Origin: a virus
Lineage: Duplodnaviria > Caudoviricetes
IMG/VR virus record: IMGVR_UViG_3300037127_000006
Location: 1 to 48,841 of that record
DNA: 48,841 nt
Reading direction: 5' to 3' (one strand)
Shown in pieces: positions 44,646-48,841 of this stretch (position 1 is the stretch's first letter; each line of letters begins with the position of its first letter). The notes under the pieces are model-generated. The model made no database searches. It saw nothing but the letters and a program-made list of their open reading frames with translations, and was not told the DNA's origin. The position numbers and the translations under genes are program-made.

Positions 44646-46387
44646 GCAGCACCCGCCGCCCTTTCCTGCGCCGCGGCAAGTGCCCGCGTCAGCGCATTAT
44701 CCTCATCCATCGGAGCTTGGGCCGCGTCCCTCGTGGCCCTGGCACCCTGCTCCAGCATCTCCATCTGTTGCCGTGCGGCAATCGCCTGTTGTCTGTCAGT
44801 GCGGATCGCATCAACATCGTCCTGCGAACGCAACGCCGACGGCGGCAAGCCGATGATGTCGGCGTACTCCCTGAGAAGTTTGTCCCAATCCACGGTGTCA
44901 AGCGCCTCGGGATTCTCATTGGTCTTCGCCACCGCACCGATGAAGTTCAGATACCTCTCGAAGCTGTTGAGGTGTCCTGCCTTCTGTGCCTGGGCCATGA
45001 TGGAAATGTACTCCACCTTCAGATCCCGTCCGGCCAGCACCGGAGGAGGAGGCGGGATCTTCCCGGCTTTCAGGGCGTACTCGAACGTAATGTCAATCAA
45101 CGGGTCCAAGACGTCCGTGTTGAGCCGGTCCAAGACGGTGCCGAGAGCCATGAGCTTCTCTTCGTGTCGCTCGTCGATCTCCCGGGCCGTGACTTCCCGC
45201 CTGTCAGAGTACGTCGTTCCCATGAACAGCGGAACGTGGTAGACATTGTTGATTCGGTTGACGAGCTGGTTGATCCTGGCGACCACCTCGGCCACGCGGG
45301 GGTCGACCTCGTGAAGCGGACGAAGCCCAGGCCGGCCGGTCAACTCGTCAATGAAATTGGTCTCTCCGGGCATCTGGGTGACACCGAGACGCTTGAGGAT
45401 GCTCGGTCCCACAAGCGTCGGGTCGATCATCTTCTCCAGAGCCAGATCCAGCTTGCTCACCATGGACTGCAACTGCTTGATATCCGGCAGCGCCGTCATT
45501 CCGGGGCAGTCCGTTCCGTAGATGTCCTCGCCCGTGACGCTCCAACGGAACGCCAGAACCGGGAAAACATCGTATCCGCCGATGCGAAGAATTTTCCCCG
45601 CCACTCCGCTGACCTGCGGAGAATAAACCGACGTGCCGCCCTGCATCGAAGCGTTTCCGGTTTCCCAGTAGACGACGGTATACGGCTTGCTCGTCAGACC
45701 CCCGGGGGTGAACTGCTTGTTCGGCATAATCATCATCCGAACGTCGATCCAATCGTCGTATTGCTTCCTCTTATACCGATCTATCACGTAATCTGATACT
45801 TCATCCCCGAACGTTTCCACGATTTCACGCACCGTCATGCGGAATTCACGGGCAAACGTGTTGATCTTGCCACCCTTGCCGCGACTGAGGTAGTAACTGC
45901 CCACAGGGAAGACCGAGAAATTCACCATGTCCTCATCGTCACGATCGACGAACATGGCCCCGGTCCCGAACGTGGAGGAATCACCATAAAGAATCTGCAT
46001 GGACTGGTAGAAATTGCTCTTATGGTAGATGTCCGAGAGGATCTGCGTCACATCGTCGAGCCACACTTGGACTTCCAAGTCTTCCTTCAGGTACCTCTCT
46101 CTGGTGTCCACATGGAACCATTCCTTCGACGGGCTTGTGATCGAGCCCATCATTCCGGCGATGAGGGTCTTTGCCGCGAGCGTTCCGGCGCAGTCGAGGA
46201 TATTCGACGTCCTGCGATCGCCTTCATTGACATCTTGGATGAAAAACCGGCCACGCCTGGGCAGGATGTAGTCATTCAGGTCCCGCCAATGCGCATCGAA
46301 GGACGTTCGTTCCTGCTGGAGCTGGGTGAACATGCGCTCCAAGTCGCGTCGAAGCTCCATCTCCTCTTTTGTTGCCATGTCCACCAT
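44642..46387 (-). CDS. Portal (head-to-tail connector) protein
   Basis: W.DL.DYILP, TSPS..WF, SNFY, FGTG, YG...PG..ALPD...LQ, TA.EI..R..EKL..LG; start codon uncertain. Confidence 0.92.
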   Translation of the reverse strand: MVDMATKEEMELRRDLERMFTQLQQERTSFDAHWRDLNDYILPRRGRFFIQDVNEGDRRTSNILDCAGTLAAKTLIAGMMGSITSPSKEWFHVDTRERYLKEDLEVQVWLDDVTQILSDIYHKSNFYQSMQILYGDSSTFGTGAMFVDRDDEDMVNFSVFPVGSYYLSRGKGGKINTFAREFRMTVREIVETFGDEVSDYVIDRYKRKQYDDWIDVRMMIMPNKQFTPGGLTSKPYTVVYWETGNASMQGGTSVYSPQVSGVAGKILRIGGYDVFPVLAFRWSVTGEDIYGTDCPGMTALPDIKQLQSMVSKLDLALEKMIDPTLVGPSILKRLGVTQMPGETNFIDELTGRPGLRPLHEVDPRVAEVVARINQLVNRINNVYHVPLFMGTTYSDRREVTAREIDERHEEKLMALGTVLDRLNTDVLDPLIDITFEYALKAGKIPPPPPVLAGRDLKVEYISIMAQAQKAGHLNSFERYLNFIGAVAKTNENPEALDTVDWDKLLREYADIIGLPPSALRSQDDVDAIRTDRQQAIAARQQMEMLEQGARATRDAAQAPMDEDNALTRALAAAQERAAGAA

Positions 46388-46388
46388 G

Positions 46389-46682
46389 TCAGAGCCCCAA
46401 TGCGGTTTTTCTCTGCGGTTCGCCACCCGGGCCCGTCAGTACGTCACGGCGTCTCTGCACTCTGCGCTGTCCCGCCGCGAAAATGAGTTTCCTTCTTTCG
46501 ATCTGCTGTTCCCTCTGGCGCTGGGCCATCTCCTCCTGCTCCATGACTTCCCGGCGTTGCCGACGGATCGCTTTCTTCTGTTCGCTCTCCACTTCCTTGC
46601 GCTGTTTGCGGGCTTGGACTGCTGAGACGCCTGCGGCGGCTCCCGACAGAAGCAATCCCGCACCGATCAGTGTCGTCGCCAT
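46389..46682 (-). CDS. Small virion-associated protein
   Basis: GGAGG RBS; hydrophobic Ala/Gly N-terminus, coiled coil, LTGP.G...KT.LG tail seen in pre-portal genes. Confidence 0.7.
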   Translation of the reverse strand: MATTLIGAGLLLSGAAAGVSAVQARKQRKEVESEQKKAIRRQRREVMEQEEMAQRQREQQIERRKLIFAAGQRRVQRRRDVLTGPGGEPQRKTALGL

Positions 46683-47130
46683 GAGGCACCTCCAGAAGAA
46701 AAAGCCTGTCCTGTAACTTGAACCCGCGCCTTAGAAGTGCCCGATCGCTTGCCGGAGTATTCGGCAACATGCTGAAATAGATCCAGTCCACCTCCAGCGA
46801 TTCTCCGGCAAGTTTGAAGGCGTCGAGTAGGCGAATTCCTGCGGACGAGCCGCGATACTTCGGCATCACCCACCAGAAGCACTCCTGCAAACAGAGAAGG
46901 TCTTTGTTGAAGTGGTGCTGAAAAATGAAACCGGCAACGAATCCGACTCTTTCGCTCGCTCGCTCGGCAACGAGGAAGACGTGTTCCCTGATGAGATTCA
47001 GCAATCTCCCCCTCGCGTCCTCCTCGCTTTCGGGAAACATGCTGTAGCGGGTACCCGCGAATTGGTCGAACTTCTTCAACTCTTCGAGGAGCCAATTCAA
47101 GTCCCCCTCAGTTGCACGTCGGACCCACAT
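46444..47130 (-). CDS. GNAT-family acetyltransferase
   Basis: VRRAT..D, VGFV.G, E.FWWV.PKYRG..AG.RLL, L.RRGF. Confidence 0.82.
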   Translation of the reverse strand: MWVRRATEGDLNWLLEELKKFDQFAGTRYSMFPESEEDARGRLLNLIREHVFLVAERASERVGFVAGFIFQHHFNKDLLCLQECFWWVMPKYRGSSAGIRLLDAFKLAGESLEVDWIYFSMLPNTPASDRALLRRGFKLQDRLFLLEVPHGDDTDRCGIASVGSRRRRLSSPSPQTAQGSGERTEESDPSATPGSHGAGGDGPAPEGTADRKKETHFRGGTAQSAETP

Positions 47131-47143
47131 TACTCCCTCTTGG

Positions 47144-47173
47144 ACCATATCACTTTATCCAATCCCAAGTCAA
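47144..47173 (-). promoter_or_regulatory. Possible internal promoter of the virion operon
   Basis: TTGACT-18 bp-TATGGT with extended TG at the end of terL. Confidence 0.35.
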
Positions 47174-48621
47174 CCCCTCTTGCCGATTTTATTTCCGGCG
47201 CGTCGATTTTTCCCTGCTCCTGCTCCGGCGGTCCCGGCAGCCGGCATCTCGGGCAGCGCGAACGTCAGTGCCAGGGCATCCCCGTGGTCGGGGCTTCTTC
47301 CGGTGCGTTTTTTGAAATCCTTCTTCGGCTCCAGCCGAATCCTGCCCTTCTCATCCGGCGGCAACAGCTTGATTTTCGTCAAATCCTGTTTCAGTTCCGG
47401 ATCTGGAGGCAACGCCGCGCCTCGTTTGATCCATGCGGCCATTTGCCACCACATTTCGGTCCTTCTGTTGTAGAACATCTCCGAGTCAAGCGCCTTCTCG
47501 CCGAAGTCCACGGGCACGGGGGAACCTCCCTGGGCGATATACGCATCGACGACTCCGGCACCGACTCCTCCGGCATCAATAAATTCCATCTCGCTCTGAA
47601 ACCGGTTTCTCGCCACGAGGATCTCCGCAGCCATCTGGGTTGTGCGGTATCCGCGCCGTTCGCGCATGTGAAACGCCACACGCCCCTGTCTCGGAGCGAT
47701 CACCGAAGCGTCATCGCCGAACCGGGCAATATCCGCTCCCAGTCTCTTCTGTGCGTCCTCCCATTCGTCACGCGGGATATGCCGCCTCATCGCCTCTTCG
47801 ACCTCTTCCTCGCTTATCAGGTTATCCGAACCCGTCCTCGGGAATTTCCCCAGCACGTTAACCCTTACGATGTCATGATTCCTGCCGTATTCCCCGATCA
47901 ACTTCTGCGCATACCCCAGATCCGCCCTCTTGCACCGCTTCGGGTTATCCGGATCGTTGTCGATCTCCTTCACCCAGTACAGATGCCGCTCGACCTTGCA
48001 CGCCTGGTAGAGTGCCCCGTCGGTCGAGGTCGGGTTTCCTGCCAAAACCAGTCGGCAATCCGGGCCACTCGTCAGCACCGCTTCAAGCGCATGAAGCACA
48101 CTCAATGGAACTCCGCCGGCCTCGTCGATTATCGCCATTACGCGATCCGCATGAATCCCCGCCATCGAATCGGCCTGCTGTGTGGCGTCACCGGTCCTGG
48201 GCCACGCCCTTGCGGACGCAAACCACAAATCACCTCTCTCGCGGTGTTCGATCCTGGTATTGGTCTTGGAAAACAGAAGATCGAAAATCGGATTCACCCG
48301 CATCCACTTGCCCAACTCCTTCCACAACCCATCCCTGAGATTATCGGCGGTGATGCTGGTACAGACCACTTCGGAGTCCTTGTGGATGAACATGAACCAC
48401 AATCCGCCCACGGCAAGGATCATGCTCTTGCCAGGCCCCTTGCAGGCGAGCAACCCCAACCGCTGATGTCTCACCAACGCAGTCAGGTATTCCTTCTGAA
48501 ACTCGTCAAGGGTAAACGGCCTGCCGTCGGCATCCCGATAGGAGCCGAACATATCCATCGCAAACGTTACGGCATCCCGGCTATATAGGGCCAGGAGCCG
48601 CGCACGGCGGCTCGTCGGCAT
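47170..48621 (-). CDS. terL: Terminase large subunit
   Basis: Walker A ACKGPGKS, Walker B IIDEA, GNP coupling motif, nuclease GADIARFGDD and SPD.GDALALTF. Confidence 0.93.
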   Translation of the reverse strand: MPTSRRARLLALYSRDAVTFAMDMFGSYRDADGRPFTLDEFQKEYLTALVRHQRLGLLACKGPGKSMILAVGGLWFMFIHKDSEVVCTSITADNLRDGLWKELGKWMRVNPIFDLLFSKTNTRIEHRERGDLWFASARAWPRTGDATQQADSMAGIHADRVMAIIDEAGGVPLSVLHALEAVLTSGPDCRLVLAGNPTSTDGALYQACKVERHLYWVKEIDNDPDNPKRCKRADLGYAQKLIGEYGRNHDIVRVNVLGKFPRTGSDNLISEEEVEEAMRRHIPRDEWEDAQKRLGADIARFGDDASVIAPRQGRVAFHMRERRGYRTTQMAAEILVARNRFQSEMEFIDAGGVGAGVVDAYIAQGGSPVPVDFGEKALDSEMFYNRRTEMWWQMAAWIKRGAALPPDPELKQDLTKIKLLPPDEKGRIRLEPKKDFKKRTGRSPDHGDALALTFALPEMPAAGTAGAGAGKNRRAGNKIGKRG

Positions 48622-48841
48622 CCGGCGGGTCCTCCTCTCTCGGCGCCTCCAGCTCAACCTCCAGATCCGGTTCCGGTTCCGGTTCCGGATCAACCACCAC
48701 CTCCCCCTCGATCATCTCCGGCAACTCGCCCTTCCTTATCTTGTCCGCCGCCAGCTCATCCAAAATCTTGCCAAAACCTTCCCCCACATCATGCTGGACG
48801 AATTTATACTCCGTTGCGGTCCCCAGATTCTTACTCAACTG
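48581..48841 (-). CDS. terS: Terminase small subunit, C-terminal part (joins 1..577)
   Basis: Same frame across the terminal overlap; acidic PEPEPEP tail. Confidence 0.75.
   Translation of the reverse strand, partial: QLSKNLGTATEYKFVQHDVGEGFGKILDELAADKIRKGELPEMIEGEVVVDPEPEPEPDLEVELEAPREEDPPDADEPPCAAPGPI
48715..48841. repeat. 127-bp terminal direct repeat (right copy)
   Basis: Identical to 1-127. Confidence 0.95.

Noticed and set aside
48715-48841. Biological direct terminal repeat
   Set aside because: Exactly 127 bp and splits terS in frame; best explained as an assembler overlap of a circular contig

Overview
Complete, circularly assembled genome of a tailed dsDNA phage of podovirus type: 48,714 bp unique, with positions 1-127 repeated at 48715-48841. 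Layout: (i) minus-strand morphogenesis operon with a Bordetella BPP-1-like head module (TerS spanning the contig junction, TerL, GNAT, portal, scaffold, major capsid, cement, membrane/lysis genes, tail tube A/B, three ejection proteins incl. a 2386-aa giant, tail fibre); (ii) plus-strand cluster of about 30 short, often Cys-rich accessory genes (3791-12472); (iii) minus-strand replication/recombination operon (YqaJ, RecT, SF2 helicase, ASCH-like, VRR-NUC, dual-frame C5 methyltransferase, TOPRIM-VapE primase-helicase). I recognised no integrase, DNA/RNA polymerase, tRNA, canonical CRISPR array or endolysin. The main result lies at the head of the recombination operon: a stand-alone RAMP/Cas7-like gene (21320-21973), a coupled partner gene (20832-21323) and a non-coding array (20592-20831) of four units, each GGCA followed by 9-15 strictly phased pentamers of [G(T/G)T-like triplet + variable NN]. 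Reading only the NN pairs and skipping every third target base, unit 4 spells the conserved YqaJ motif GxSPYKSxLQLWxEK. The phage's own yqaJ matches it at 9/15 dinucleotides, and three of the six mismatches are synonymous Ser/Leu codon-family swaps. This suggests a non-contiguous RNA-guided anti-phage system with self-avoidance by recoding; function is inferred, not shown. Also notable: a ~360-nt structured RNA candidate (22645-23010), an amber-interrupted gene (5601-6443) and a u-spanin-like lipoprotein.
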